Assembly (NCBI GenBank): GCA_964016885.1
Contig: OZ024745.1
Span: 64,542,001 to 64,606,000, forward strand
Direction: 5' to 3'
DNA: 64,000 nucleotides
DNA from: Eledone cirrhosa
Lineage: Eukaryota
Numbering within the stretch: the first letter of the stretch is position 1; each line of letters opens with the position of its first letter. This document shows positions 42,880 to 57,849 of the stretch, piece after piece. Under the pieces are notes generated by a model. The model did not search any database. It was not told where the DNA came from and was given only the letters and a program-made list of their open reading frames with translations. A program made the position numbers and the translations under genes.

Positions 42880-45060
42880 ATTTGGGTGATCCATTTTTTA
42901 TTTGGGTGATACATTTTTTATTTGGGGGATCCATTTTTTATTTGGGTGATCCATTTTTTATTTGGGTGATCCATTTTTTATTTGAGGGATCCATTTTATA
43001 TTTGGGTGATCCATTTTTTATTTGGGTGATCCATTTTTTATTTGGGGGATCCATTTTTTATTTGGGGGATCCATTTTTTATTTGGGGGATCCTTTTTTTA
43101 TTTGGGGGATCCATTTTTTATTTCGGGGATCCATTTTTTATTTGGGTGATTCATTTTTTATTTGGGGGATCCATTTTTTATTTGGGTGATCCATTTTTTT
43201 AATTTGGGGGTCCATTTTTTATTTGGGTGATCCATTTTTTATTTGGGTGATCCATTTTTTAATTGGGTGATCCATTTTTATTTGGGTGATCCATTATTTA
43301 CTTGGGGGATCCATTTTTTATTTGGGTGATCCATTTTTTATTTTGCTGATTCATTTTTTATTTGGGTGATCCATTTTTTATTTGGGGGATCCATTTTTTA
43401 TTTGGGTGAACCATTTTTTATTTGGGGGATCCATTTTTTATTTGGGTGATCCATTTTTTATTTGGGTGATCCATTTTTTATTTGGGGGATCCATTTTTTA
43501 TTTGGGTGATCCATTTTTTATTTGGGTGATCCATTTTTTATTTGGGGGATCCATTTTTTATTTGGGGGATCCATTTTTTATTTGGGTGATCCATTTTTAT
43601 TTGGAGATCCATTTTGTATTTGGGTGATCCATTTTTTAATTGGGTGATCCATTTTTTATTTGGGTGATCCATTTTTTATTTGGGGGATCCATTTTTTATT
43701 TGGGTGATCCATTTTTTATTTGGGTGGTCCATTTTTTATTTGGGTGATCCATTTTTTATTTGGGGGATCAATTTTTTATTTGGGTGATCCATTTTTTATT
43801 TGGGGATCCATTTTTTATTTGGGTGATCCATTTTTTATTTGGGTGATCCATTTTTTATTTGGGGGATACATTTTTTATTTGGGTGATCCATTTTTTATTT
43901 GGGGGGTCCATTTTTTATTTGGGGGATCCATTTTTATTTGGGTGATCCATTTTTTATTTGGGGGATCCATTTTTTATTTGGGTGATCCCTTTTTTATTTG
44001 GGGGATCCATTTTTTATTTGGGTGATCCATTTTTTATTTGGGGGATCCATTTTTTATTTGGGGGATTCATTTTTTATTTGGGTGATCCATTTTTTATTAG
44101 GGGGATCCTTTTTTTATTTGGGTGATCCATTTTTATTTGGAGATCCATTTTTTATTTAGGTGATCCATTTTATAATTGGGTGATCCATTTTTTATTTGGG
44201 GGATCCATTTTTTATTTGGAGGATCCATTATTTATTTGGGTGATCCATTTTTTATTTGGGTGATCCATTTTTTATTTGGGTGATCCATTTTTTATTTGGG
44301 TTGATCCCTTTTTTATTTGGGGGATCCATTTTTTATTTGGGTGATCCATTTTTTATTTTGGGGATCCATTTTTTATTTGGGTGATCCATTTTTTATTTGG
44401 GTGATCCATTTTTTATTTGAGGGACCCATTTTATATTTGGCTGATCCATTTTTTATTTGGGTGATCCATTTTTTATTTGGGGGATCCATTTTTTATTTGG
44501 GGGATCCATTTTTTATTTGGGGGATCCATTTTTTATTTGGGGGATCCATTTTTTATTTCGGGGATCCATTTTTTATTTGGGTGATTCATTTTTTATTTGG
44601 GGGATCCATTTTTTATTTGGGTGATCCATTTTTTTTATTTGGGGGTCCATTTTTTATTTGGGTGATCCATTTTTTATTTGGGTGATCCATTTTTTAATTG
44701 GGTGATCCATTTTTATTTGGGTGATCCATTTTTTACTTGGGGGATCCATTTTTTATTTGGGTGATCCATTTTTTATTTTGCTGATTCATTTTTTATTTGG
44801 GTGATCCATTTTTTATTTGGAGGATCCATTTTTTATTTGGGTGAACCATTTTTTATTTGGGGGATCCATTTTTTATTTGGGTGATCCATTTTTTATTTGG
44901 GTGATCCATTTTTTATTTGGGGGATCCATGTTTTATTTGGGTGATCCATTTTTTATTTGGGTGATCCATTTTTTATTTGGGGGATCCATTTTTTATTTGG
45001 GGGATCCATTTTTTATTTGGGTGATCCATTTTTATTTGGAGATCCATTTTGTATTTGGGT
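42880..45060 (+). repeat. Diverged local duplication, offset about 1435 bp
   Basis: ORF pairs 42882/44317 and 43382/44817. The marker order GAGGG, TTTCGGGG, TTTTGCTGATTC, GGGTGAACC, GGAGATCCATTTTGTA is the same, with several private substitutions. Confidence 0.8.
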
Positions 45061-47849
45061 GATCCATTTTGTATTTGGGGGATCCATTTTTTAATTGGGT
45101 GATCCATTTTTTATTTGGGGGATCCATTTTTTATTTGGGGGATCCATTTTTTATTTGGGGGATCCATTGTTTATTTGGGTGATCCATTTTTTATTTGGGT
45201 GATCCATTTTTTATTTGGGGGATCCATTTTTTATTTGGGTGATCCATTTTTTATTTGGGTGATCCATTTTTTATTTGGGTGATCCATTTTTTATTTGTGG
45301 GATCCATTTTTTATTTGGGTGATCCATTTTTTATTTGGGGGATCCTTTTTTTATTTGGGTGATCCATTTTTTATTTGGGTGATCCATTTTTTATTTGGGG
45401 GATCCATTTTTTATTTGGGTGATCCATTTTTTATTTGGGTGATACATTTTTTATTTGGGGGATCCATTTTTTATTTGGGTGATCCATTTTTTATTTGGGG
45501 GATCCATTTTTTATTTGGGGGATCCATTTTTTATTTGGGTGATCCATTTTTTATTTGGGTGATCCATTTTTTATTTGGGGGGATCCATTTTTTATTTGGG
45601 TGATCCATTTTTTATTTGGGGGATCCATTTTTTATTTGGGTGATCCATTTTTTATTTGGGGGATCCATTTTTTATTTGGGTGATCCATTTTTTATTTGGG
45701 TGATCCATTTTTTAATTGGGTGATCCATTTTTTATTTGGGGGATCCATTTTTTATTTGGGTGATCCATTTTTTAGTTGGGTGGTCCATTTTTTATTTGGG
45801 TGATCCATTTTTTATTTGGGGGATCCATTTTTTATTTGGGTGATCCATTTTTTATTTGGGGATCCATTTTTTATTTGGGTGATCCATTTTTTATTTGGGT
45901 GATCCATTTTTTATTTGGGGGATCCATTTTTTATTTGGGTGATTCATTTTTTATTTGGGGGGTCCATTTTTTATTTGGGGGATCCATTTTTATTTGGGTG
46001 ATCCATTTTTTATTTGGGGGATCCATTTTTTATTTGGGTGATCCATTTTTTATTTGGGTTGATCCCTTTTTTATTTGGGGGATCCATTTTTTATTTGGGT
46101 GATCCATTTTTTATTTGGAGGATCCACTTTTTATTTGGGTGATCCATTTTTTATTTGAGGGATCCATTTTATATTTGGGTGATCCATTTTTTATTTGGGG
46201 GATCCATTATTTATTTGGGTGATCCATTTTTTATTTGGGTGATCCATTTTTTATTTGGGTGATCCATTTTTTATTTGGGTGATCCATTTTTTATTTGGGT
46301 GATCCATTTTTTATTTGGGGGATCCATTTTTTATTTGGGTGATCCATTTTTTATTTGGGTGATCCATTTTTTATTTGAGGGATCCATTTTATATTTGGGT
46401 GATCCATTTTTTATTTGGGTGATCCATTTTTTATTTGGGGGATCCATTTTTTATTTGGGGGATCCATTATTTATTTGGGTGATCCATTTTTTATTTGGGG
46501 GATCCATTTTTTATTTGGGTGATCCATTTTTTATTTGGGTGATCCATTTTTTATTTGGGTGATCCATTTTTTATTTGGGGGATCCATTTTTTATTTGGGT
46601 GATCCATTTTTTATTTGGGTGATCCATTTTTTATTTGAGGGATCCATTTTATATTTGGGTGATCCATTTTTTATTTGGGTGATCCATTTTTTATTTGGGG
46701 GATCCATTTTTTATTTGGGGGATCCATTTTCTATTTGGGGGATCCATTTTTTATTTGGGGGATCCATTTTTTATTTGGGTGATCCATTTTTTAATTGGGT
46801 GATCCATCTTTATTTGGGTGATCCATTTTTTACTTGGGGGATCCATTTTTTATTTGGGTGATCCATTTTTTATTTTGATGATTCATTTTTTATTTGGGTG
46901 ATCCATTTTTTATTTGGGGGATCCATTTTTTATTTGGGTGAACCATTTTTTATTTGGGGGATCCATCTTTTATTTGGGTGATCCATTTTTTATTTGGGTG
47001 ATCCATTTTTTATTTGGGGGATCCATTTTTTATTTGGGTGATCCATTTTTTATTTGGGTGATCCATTTTTTATTTGGGGGATCCATTTTTTATTTGGGGG
47101 ATCCATTTTTTATTTGGGTGATCCATTTTTATTTGGAGATCCATTTTGTATTTGGGTGATCCATTTTTTAATTGGGTGATCCATTTTTTATTTGGGTGAT
47201 CCATTTTTTATTTGGGGGATCCATTTTTTATTTGGGGGATCCATTATTTATTTGGGTGATCCATTTTTTATTTCTGTGATCCATTTTTTATTTGGGTGAT
47301 CCATTTTTTATTTCGGTGATCCATTTTTTATTTGGGTGATCCATTTTTTATTTGGGGGATCCATTTTTTATTTGGGTGATCCATTTTTTATTTGGGTGAT
47401 CCATTTTTTATTTGAGGGATCCATTTTATATATGGGTGATCCATTTTTTATTTGGGTGATCCATTTTTTATTTGGGTGATCCATTTTTTATTTGGGGGAT
47501 CTATTTTTTATTTGGGGGATCCATTTTTTATTTGGGTGATCCATTTTTTATTTGGGTGATCCATTTTATATTTGGGGGATCCATTTTTTATTTGGGTGAT
47601 CCGTTTTTTATTTGAGGGATCCATTTTTTATTTCGGGGATCCATTTTTTATTTGGGTGATTCATTTTTTATTTGGGGGATCCATTTTTTATTTGGGTGAT
47701 CCATTTTTTTATTTGGGGGTCCATTTTTTATTTGGGTGATCCATTTTTTATTTGGGTGATCCATTTTTTATTTGGGGGATCCATTTTTTATTTGGGTCAT
47801 CCATTTTTTATTTGGGGGATCCATTTTTTATTTGGGGGATCCATTTTTT

Positions 47850-50800
47850 ATTTTGTGTGATCCATTTTTTACTAGGGGGATCCATTTTTTATTTGGGTGA
47901 TCCATTTTTATTTGTAGATCCATTTTTTATTTGGGTGATCCATTTTTTAATTGGATGATCCATTTTTTATTTGGGGGATCCATTTTTTGTTTGGGGGATC
48001 CATTATTTATTTGGGTGATCCATTTTTTATTTGGGTGATCCATTTTTTATTTGGGGGATCCATTTTTTATTTGGGTGATCCATTTTTTATTTGGGTGATC
48101 CATTTTTTAATTGGGGGATCCATTTTTTATTTAGTTGATCCATTTTTTAATTGGGTGATCCATTTTTTATTTGGGGGATCCATTTTTTATTTGGGGGATC
48201 CATTTTTATTTGGGGGATCCATTGTTTATTTGGGTGATCCATTTTTTATTTGGGTGATCCATTTTTTATTTGGGGGATCCATTTTTTATTTGGGGGATCC
48301 ATTTTTTATTTGGGTGATCCATTTTTTATTTGGGTGATCCATTTTTTATTTGGGTGATCCATTTTTTATTTGGGGGATCCATTTTTTATTTGGGTGATCC
48401 ATTTTTTATTTGGGTGATACATTTTTTATTTGGGGGATCCATTTTTTATTTGGGTGATCCATTTTTTATTTGGGGGATCCATTTTTTATTTGGGGGATCC
48501 ATTTTTTATTTGGGTGATCCATTTTTTATTTGGGTGATCCATTTTTTATTTGGGGGGATCCATTTTTAATTTGGGTGATCCATTTTTTATTTGGGGGATC
48601 CATTTTTTATTTGGGTGATCCATTTTTTATTTGGGGGATCCATTTTTTATTTGGGTGATCCATTTTTTATTTGGGTGATCCATTTTTTAATTGGGTGATC
48701 CATTTTTTATTTGGGGGATCCATTTTTTATTTGGGGGATCCATTTTTTATTTGGGTGATCCATTTTTTATTTTGGGATCCATTTTTTATTTGGGTGATCC
48801 ATTTTTTATTTGGGTGATCCATTTTTTATTTGGGGGATCCATTTTTTATTTGGGTGATCAATTTTTAATTTGGGGGTCCATTTTTTATTTGGGGGATCCA
48901 TTTTTATTTGGGTGATCCATTTTTTATTTGGGGGATCCATTTTTTATTTGGGTGATCCATTTTTTATTTGGGTTGATCCCTTTTTTATTTGGGGGATCCA
49001 TTTTTTATTTGGGTGATCCATTTTTTATTTGGGGGATCCATTTTTTATTTGGGGGATCCATTTTTTATTTGGTTGATCCATTTTTTATTAGGGGGATCCA
49101 TTTTTTATTTGGGTGATCCATTTTAATTTGGAGATCCATTTTTTGTTTAGGTGATCCATTTTATAATTGGGTGATCCATTTTTTATTTGGGGGATCCATT
49201 TTTTATTTGGGGGATCCATTATTTATTTGGGTGATCCATTTTTTATTTGGGTGATCCATTTTTTATTTGGGTGATCCATTTTTTATTTGGGTGATCCGTT
49301 TTTTATTTGGGTGATCCATTTTTTATTTGGGGGATCCATTTTTTATTTGGGTGATCCATTTTTTATTTGGGTGATCCATTTTTTATTTGAGGGATCCATT
49401 TTATATTTGGGTGATCCATTTTTTATTTGGGTGATCCATTTTTTATTTGGGGGATCCATTTTTTATTTGGGGGATCCATTTTTTATTTGGGGGATCCATT
49501 TTTTATTTGGGGGATCCATTTTTTATTTCGGGGATCCATTTTTTATTTGGGTGATTCATTTTTTATTTGGGGGATCCATTTTTTATTTGGGTGATCCATT
49601 TTTTTTATTTGGGGGTCCATTTTTTATTTGGGTGATCCATTTTTTATTTGGATGATCCATTTTTTAATTGGGTGATCCATTTTTATTTGGGTGATCCATT
49701 TTTTACTTGGGGGATCCATTTTTTATTTGGGTGATCCATTTTTTATTTTGCTGATTCATTTTTTATTTGGGTGATCCATTTTTTATTTGGGGGATCCATT
49801 TTTTATTTGGGTGAACCATTTTTTATTTGGGAGATCCATTTTTTATTTGGGTGATCCATTTTTTATTTGGGTGATCCATTTTTTATTTGGGGGATCCATT
49901 TTTTATTTGGGTGATCCATTTTTTATTTGGGTGATCCATTTTTTATTTGGGGGATCCATTTTTTATTTCGGGGATCCATTTTTTATTTGGGTGATCCATT
50001 TTTATTTGGAGATTCATTTTGTATTTGGGTGATCCATTTTTTAATTGGGTGATCCATTTTTTATTTGGGTGACCCATTTTTTATTTGGGGGATCCATTTT
50101 TTATTTGGGTGATCCATTTTTTATTTGGGTGGTCCATTTTTTATTTGGGTGATCCATTTTTTGTTTGGGGGATCCATTTTTTATTTGGGTGATCCATTTT
50201 TTATTTGGGGATCCATTTTTTATTTGGGTGATCCATTTTTTATTTGGGTGATCCATTTTTTATTTGGGGGATACATTTTTTATTTGGGTGATCCATTTTT
50301 TATTTGGGGGGGTCCATTTTTTATTTGGGGGATCCATTTTTATTTGGGTGATCCATTTTTTATTTGGGGGATCCATTTTTTATTTGGGTGATCCCTTTTT
50401 TATTTGGGGGATCCATTTTTTATTTGGGTGATCCATTTTTTATTTGGGGGATCCATTTTTTATTTGGGGGATTCATTTTTTATTTGGGTGATCCATTTTT
50501 TATTAGGGGGATCCATTTTTTATTAGGGGGATCCATTTTTTATTTGGGTGATCCATTTTTATTTGGAGATCCATTTTTTATTTAGGTGATCCATTTTATA
50601 ATTGGGTGATCCATTTTTTATTTGGGGGATCCATTATTTATTTGGGTGATCCATTTTTTATTTGGGTGATCCATTTTTTATTTGGGTGATCCATTTTTTA
50701 TTTGGGTGATCCATTCTTTATTTGGGTGATCCATTTTTTATTTGGGGGATCCATTTTTTATTTGGGTGATCCATTTTTTATTTGGGGGATCCATTTTTTA

Positions 50801-53800
50801 TTTGGGTGATCCATTTTTTATTTGGGGGATCCATTTTTTATTTCGGGGATCCATTTTTTATTTGGGTGATTCATTTTTTATTTGGGGGATCCATTTTTTA
50901 TTTTGGGTGATCCATTTTTTATTAGGGGGATCCATTTTTTATTTGGGTGATCCATTTTTATTTGTAGATCCATTTTTTATTTGGGTGATCCATTTTTTAA
51001 TTGGATGATCCATTTTTTATTTGGGGGATCCATTTTTTATTTGGGGGATCCATTATTTATTTGGGTGATCCATTTTTTATTTGGGTGATCCATTTTTTAT
51101 TCGGGGGATCCATTTTTTATTTGGGTGATCCATTTTTTATTTGGGTGATCCATTTTTTAATTGGGGATCCATTTTTTATTTAGTTGATCCACTTTTTAAT
51201 TGGGTGATGCATTTTTTATTTGGGGGATCCATTTTTTATTTGGGGGATCATTTTTTATTTGGGGGATCCATTGTTTATTTGGGTGATCCATTTTTTATTT
51301 GGGTGATCCATTTTTTATTTGGGGGATCCATTTTGTATTTGGGTGATCCATTTTTTATTTGGGTGATCCATTTTTTATTTGGGTGATCCATTTTTTATTT
51401 GTGGGATCCATTTTTTATTTGGGTGAACCATTTTTTATTTGGGGGATCCTTTTTTTATTTGGGTGATCCATTTTTTATTTGGGTGATCCATTTTTTATTT
51501 GGGGGATCCATTTTTTATTTGGGTGATCCATTTTTTATTTGGGTGATCCATTTTTTATTTGGGTGATCCATTTTTATTTGGAGATCCATTTTGTATTTGG
51601 GTGATCCATTTTTTAATTGGGTGATCCATTTTTTATTTGGGTGATCCATTTTTTATTTGGGTGATCCATTTTTTATTTGGGGGATCCATTTTTTATTTGG
51701 GTGATCCATTTTTTAATTGGGTGATCCATTTTTTATTTGGGGGATCCATTTTTTATTTGGGTGATCCATTTTTTATTTGGGTGATCCATTTTTTATTTGG
51801 GGGATCCATTTTTTATTTGGGGGATCCATTTTTTATTTGGGTGATCCATTTTTTATTTGGGTGATCCATTTTTTATTTGGGGGGATCCATTTTTAATTTC
51901 GGTGATCTATTTTTTATTTGGGGGATCCATTTTTTATTTGGGTGATCCATTTTTTATTTGGGGGATCCATTTTTTATTTGGGTGATCCATTTTTTATTTG
52001 GGTGATACATTTTTTAATTGGGTGATCCATTTTTTATTTGGGGGATCCATTTTTTATTTTGTGTGATCCATTTTTTACTAGGGGGATCCATTTTTTATTT
52101 GGGTGATCCATTTTTATTTGTAGATCCATTTTTTATTTGGGTGATCCATTTTTTAATTGGATGATCCATTTTTTATTTGGGGGATCCATTTTTTGTTTGG
52201 GGGATCCATTATTTATTTGGGTGATCCATTTTTTATTTGGGTGATCCATTTTTTATTTGGGGGATCCATTTTTTATTTGGGTGATCCATTTTTTATTTGG
52301 GTGATCCATTTTTTAATTGGGGGATCCATTTTTTATTTAGTTGATCCATTTTTTAATTGGGTGATCCATTTTTTATTTGGGGGATCCATTTTTTATTTGG
52401 GGGATCCATTTCTTATTTGGGGGATCCATTGTTTATTTGGGTGATCCATTTTTTATTTGGGTGATCCATTTTTTATTTGGGGGATCCATTTTTTATTTGG
52501 GGGATCCATTTTTTATTTGGGTGATCCATTTTTTATTTGGGTGATCCATTTTTTATTTGGGTGATCCATTTTTTATTTGGGGGATCCATTTTTTATTTGG
52601 GTGATCCATTTTTTATTTGGGTGATACATTTTTTATTTGGGGGATCCATTTTTTATTTGGGTGATCCATTTTTTATTTGGGGGATCCATTTTTTATTTGG
52701 GGGATCCATTTTTTATTTGGGTGATCCATTTTTTATTTGGGTGATCCATTTTTTATTTGGGGGGATCCATTTTTAATTTGGGTGATCCATTTTTTATTTG
52801 GGGGATCCATTTTTTATTTGGGTGATCCATTTTTTATTTGGGGGATCCATTTTTTATTTGGGGGTCCATTTTTTATTTGGGGGATCCATTTTTATTTGGG
52901 TGATCCATTTTTTATTTGGGGGATCCATTTTTTATTTGGGTGATCCATTTTTTATTTGGGTTGATCCCTTTTTTATTTGGGGGATCCATTTTTTATTTGG
53001 GTGATCCATTTTTTATTTGGGGTATCCATTTTTTATTTGGGGGATCCATTTTTTATTTGGTTGATCCATTTTTTATTAGGGGGATCCATTTTTTATTTGG
53101 GTGATCCATTTTAATTTGGAGATCCATTTTTTGTTTAGGTGATCCATTTTATAATTGGGTGATCCATTTTTTATTTGGGGGATCCATTTTTTATTTGGGG
53201 GATCCATTATTTATTTGGGTGATCCATTTTTTATTTGGGTGATCCATTTTTTATTTGGGTGATCCATTTTTTATTTGGGTGATCCATTTTTTATTTGGGT
53301 GATCCATTTTTTTTGGGGGGGATCCATTTTTTATTTGGGTGATCCATTTTTTATTTGGGTGATCCATTTTTTATTTGAGGGATCCATTTTATATTTGGGT
53401 GATCCATTTTTTATTTGGGTGATCCATTTTTTATTTGGGGGATCCATTTTTTATTTGGGGGATCCATTTTTTATTTGGGGGATCCATTTTTTATTTGGGG
53501 GATCCATTTTTTATTTCGGGGATCCATTTTTTATTTGGGTGATTCATTTTTTATTTGGGGGATCCATTTTTTATTTGGGTGATCCATTTTTTTTATTTGG
53601 GGGTCCATTTTTTATTTGGGTGATCCATTTTTTATTTGGATGATCCATTTTTTAATTGGGTGATCCATTTTTATTTGGGTGATCCATTTTTTACTTGGGG
53701 GATCCATTTTTTATTTGGGTGATCCATTTTTTATTTTGCTGATTCATTTTTTATTTGGGTGATCCATTTTTTATTTGGGGGATCCATTTTTTATTTGGGT

Positions 53801-56060
53801 GAACCATTTTTTATTTGGGAGATCCATTTTTTATTTGGGTGATCCATTTTTTATTTGGGTGATCCATTTTTTATTTGGGGGATCCATTTTTTATTTGGGT
53901 GATCCATTTTTTAATTGGGTGATCCATTTTTTATTTGGGGGATCCATTTTTTATTTCGGGGATCCATTTTTTATTTGGGTGATCCATTTTTATTTGGAGA
54001 TTCATTTTGTATTTGGGTGATCCATTTTTTAATTGGGTGATCCATTTTTTATTTGGGTGACCCATTTTTTATTTGGGGGATCCATTTTTTATTTGGGTGA
54101 TCCATTTTTTATTTGGGTGGTCCATTTTTTATTTGGGTGATCCATTTTTTATTTGGGGGATCCATTTTTTATTTGGGTGATCCATTTTTTATTTGGGGAT
54201 CCATTTTTTATTTGGGTGATCCATTTTTTATTTGGGTGATCCATTTTTTATTTGGGGGATACATTTTTTATTTGGGTGATCCATTTTTTATTTGGGGGGG
54301 TCCATTTTTTATTTGGGGGATCCATTTTTATTTGGGTGATCCATTTTTTATTTGGGGGATCCATTTTTTATTTGGGTGATCCCTTTTTTATTTGGGGGAT
54401 CCATTTTTTATTTGGGTGATCCATTTTTTATTTGGGGGATCCATTTTTTATTTGGGGGATTCATTTTTTATTTGGGTGATCCATTTTTTATTAGGGGGAT
54501 CCATTTTTTATTAGGGGGATCCATTTTTTATTTGGTTGATCCATTTTTATTTGGAGATCCATTTTTTATCTAGGTGATCCATTTTATAATTGGGTGATCC
54601 ATTTTTTATTTGGGGGATCCATTATTTATTTGGGTGATCCATTTTTTATTTGGGTGATCCATTTTTTATTTGGGTGATCCATTTTTTATTTGGGTGATCC
54701 ATTCTTTATTTGGGTGATCCATTTTTTATTTGGGGGATCCATTTTTTATTTGGGTGATCCATTTTTTATTTGGGGGTTCCATTTTTTATTTGGGTGATCC
54801 ATTTTTTATTTGGGGGATCCATTTTTTATTTCGAGGATCCATTTTTTATTTGGGTGATTCATTTTTTATTTGGGGGATCCATTTTTTATTTTGGGTGATC
54901 CATTTTTTATTAGGGGGATCCATTTTTTATTTGGGTGATCCATTTTTATTTGTAGATCCATTTTTTATTTGGGTGATCCATTTTTTAATTGGATGATCCA
55001 TTTTTTATTTGGGGGATCCATTTTTTATTTGGGGGATCCATTATTTATTTGGGTGATCCATTTTTTATTTGGGTGATCCATTTTTTATTCGGGGGATCCA
55101 TTTTTTATTTGGGTGATCCATTTTTTATTTGGGTGATCCATTTTTTAATTGGGGATCCATTTTTTATTTAGTTGATCCACTTTTTAATTGGGTGATGCAT
55201 TTTTTATTTGGGGGATCCATTTTTTATTTGGGGGATCCATTTTTTATTTGGGGGATCCATTGTTTATTTGGGTGATCCATTTTTTATTTGGGTGATCCAT
55301 TTTTTATTTGTGGGATCCATTTTGTATTTGGGTGATCCATTTTTTATTTGGGTGATCCATTTTTTATTTGGGTGATCCATTTTTTATTTGTGGGATCCAT
55401 TTTTTATTTGGGTGAACCATTTTTTATTTGGGGGATCCTTTTTTTATTTGGGTGATCCATTTTTTATTTGGGTGATCCATTTTTTATTTGGGGGATCCAT
55501 TTTTTATTTGGGTGATCCATTTTTTATTTGGGTGATCCATTTTTTATTTGGGGGATCCATTTTTTATTTGGGTGATCCATTTTTATTTGGAGATCCATTT
55601 TGTATTTGGGTGATCCATTTTTTAATTGGGTGATCCATTTTTTATTTGGGTGATCCATTTTTTATTTGGGTGATCCATTTTTTATTTGGGGGATCCATTT
55701 TTTATTTGGGTGATCCATTTTTTAATTGGGTGATCCATTTTTTATTTGGGGGATCCATTTTTTATTTGGGTGATCCATTTTTTATTTGGGTGATCCATTT
55801 TTTATTTGGGGGATCCATTTTTTATTTGGGGGATCCATTTTTTATTTGGGTGATCCATTTTTTATTTGGGTGATCCATTTTTTATTTGGGGGGATCTATT
55901 TTTAATTTCGGTGATCTATTTTTTATTTGGGGGATCCATTTTTTATTTGGGTGATCCATTTTTTATTTGGGGGATCCATTTTTTATTTGGGTGATCCATT
56001 TTTTATTTGGGTGATCCATTTTTTAATTGGGTGATCCATTTTTTATTTGGGGGATCCATT
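47850..56060 (+). repeat. Tandem duplication of an about 4.0-4.2-kb unit (47850-52055 and 52055-56060)
   Basis: Offsets 4206 (47951/52157) then 3988 (48928/52916, 49787/53775, 50364/54352, 51001/54989). Shared markers TTTTGTGTGATCC..ACTAGGGGG (about 47851/52057), a doubled TTAGGGGG monomer (about 50503/54491) and GGAGATTC. Confidence 0.92.
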
Positions 56061-57290
56061 TTTTATTTGGGTGATCCATTTTTTATTTGGGTGGTCCATT
56101 TTTTATTTGGGTGATCCATTTTTTATTTGGGGGATCCATTTTTTATTTGGGTGATCCATTTTTTATTTGGGGATCCATTTTTTATTTGGGTGATCCATTT
56201 TTTATTTGGGTGATCCATTTTTTATTTGGGGGATCCATTTTTTATTTGGGTGATCCATTTTTAATTTGGGGGTCCATTGTTTATTTGGGTGATCCATTTT
56301 TTATTTGGGTGATCCATTTTTTATTTGTGGGATCCATTTTGTATTTGGGTGATCCATTTTTTATTTGGGTGATCCATTTTTTATTTGGGTGATCCATTTT
56401 TTATTTGTGGGATCCATTTTTTATTTGGGTGAACCATTTTTTATTTGGGGGATCCTTTTTTTATTTGGGTGATCCATTTTTTATTTGGGTGATCCATTTT
56501 TTATTTGGGGGATCCATTTTTTATTTGGGTGATCCATTTTTTATTTGGGTGATCCATTTTTTATTTGGGGGATCCATTTTTTATTTGGGTGATCCATTTT
56601 TATTTGGAGATCCATTTTGTATTTGGGTGATCCATTTTTTAATTGGGTGATCCATTTTTTATTTGGGTGATCCATTTTTTATTTGGGTGATCCATTTTTT
56701 ATTTGGGGGATCCATTTTTTATTTGGGTGATCCATTTTTTAATTGGGTGATCCATTTTTTATTTGGGGGATCCATTTTTTATTTGGGTGATCCATTTTTT
56801 ATTTGGGTGATCCATTTTTTATTTGGGGGATCCATTTTTTATTTGGGGGATCCATTTTTTATTTGGGTGATCCATTTTTTATTTGGGTGATCCATTTTTT
56901 ATTTGGGGGGATCCATTTTTTATTTCGGTGATCTATTTTTTATTTGGGGGATCCATTTTTTATTTGGGTGATCCATTTTTTATTTGGGGGATCCATTTTT
57001 TATTTGGGTGATCCATTTTTTATTTGGGTGATCCATTTTTTAATTGGGTGATCCATTTTTTATTTGGGGGATCCATTTTTTATTTGGGTGATCCATTTTT
57101 TATTTGGGTGGTCCATTTTTTATTTGGGTGATCCATTTTTTATTTGGGGGATCCATTTTTTATTTGGGTGATCCATTTTTTATTTGGGGATCCATTTTTT
57201 ATTTGGGTGATCCATTTTTTATTTGGGTGATCCATTTTTTATTTGGGGGATCCATTTTTTATTTGGGTGATCCATTTTTAATTTGGGGGT
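55255..57290 (+). repeat. Tandem duplication, unit 1017 bp
   Basis: ORF pairs 55388/56405, 55646/56663 and 56087/57104 are offset 1017. TTTCGGTGATCTA is shared (about 55906/56923). Confidence 0.92.
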
Positions 57291-57849
57291 CCATTTTTTA
57301 TTTGGGGGATCCATTTTTATTTGGGTGATCCATTTTTTATTTTGGGGATCCATTTTTTATTTGGGTGATCCATTTTTTATTTGGGTTGATCCCTTTTTTA
57401 TTTGGGGGATCCATTTTTTATTTGTGTGATCCATTTTTTATTTGGGGGATCCATTTTTTATTTGGGGGATCCATTTTTTATTTGGTTGATCCATTTTTTA
57501 TTAGGGGGATCCATTTTTTATTTGGGTGATCCATTTTAATTTGGAGATCCATTTTTTGTTTAGGTGATCCATTTTATAATTGGGTGATCCATTTTTTATT
57601 TGGGGGATCCATTTTTTATTTGGGGGATCCATTATTTATTTGGGTGATCCATTTTTTATTTGGGTGATCCATTTTTTATTTGGGTGATCCATTTTTTATT
57701 TGGGTGATCCATTTTTTATTTGGGTGATCCATTTTTTATTTGGGGGATCCATTTTTTATTTGGGTGATCCATTTTTTATTTGGGTGATCCATTTTTTATT
57801 TGAGGGATCCATTTTATATTTGGGTGATCCATTTTTTATTTGGGTGATC

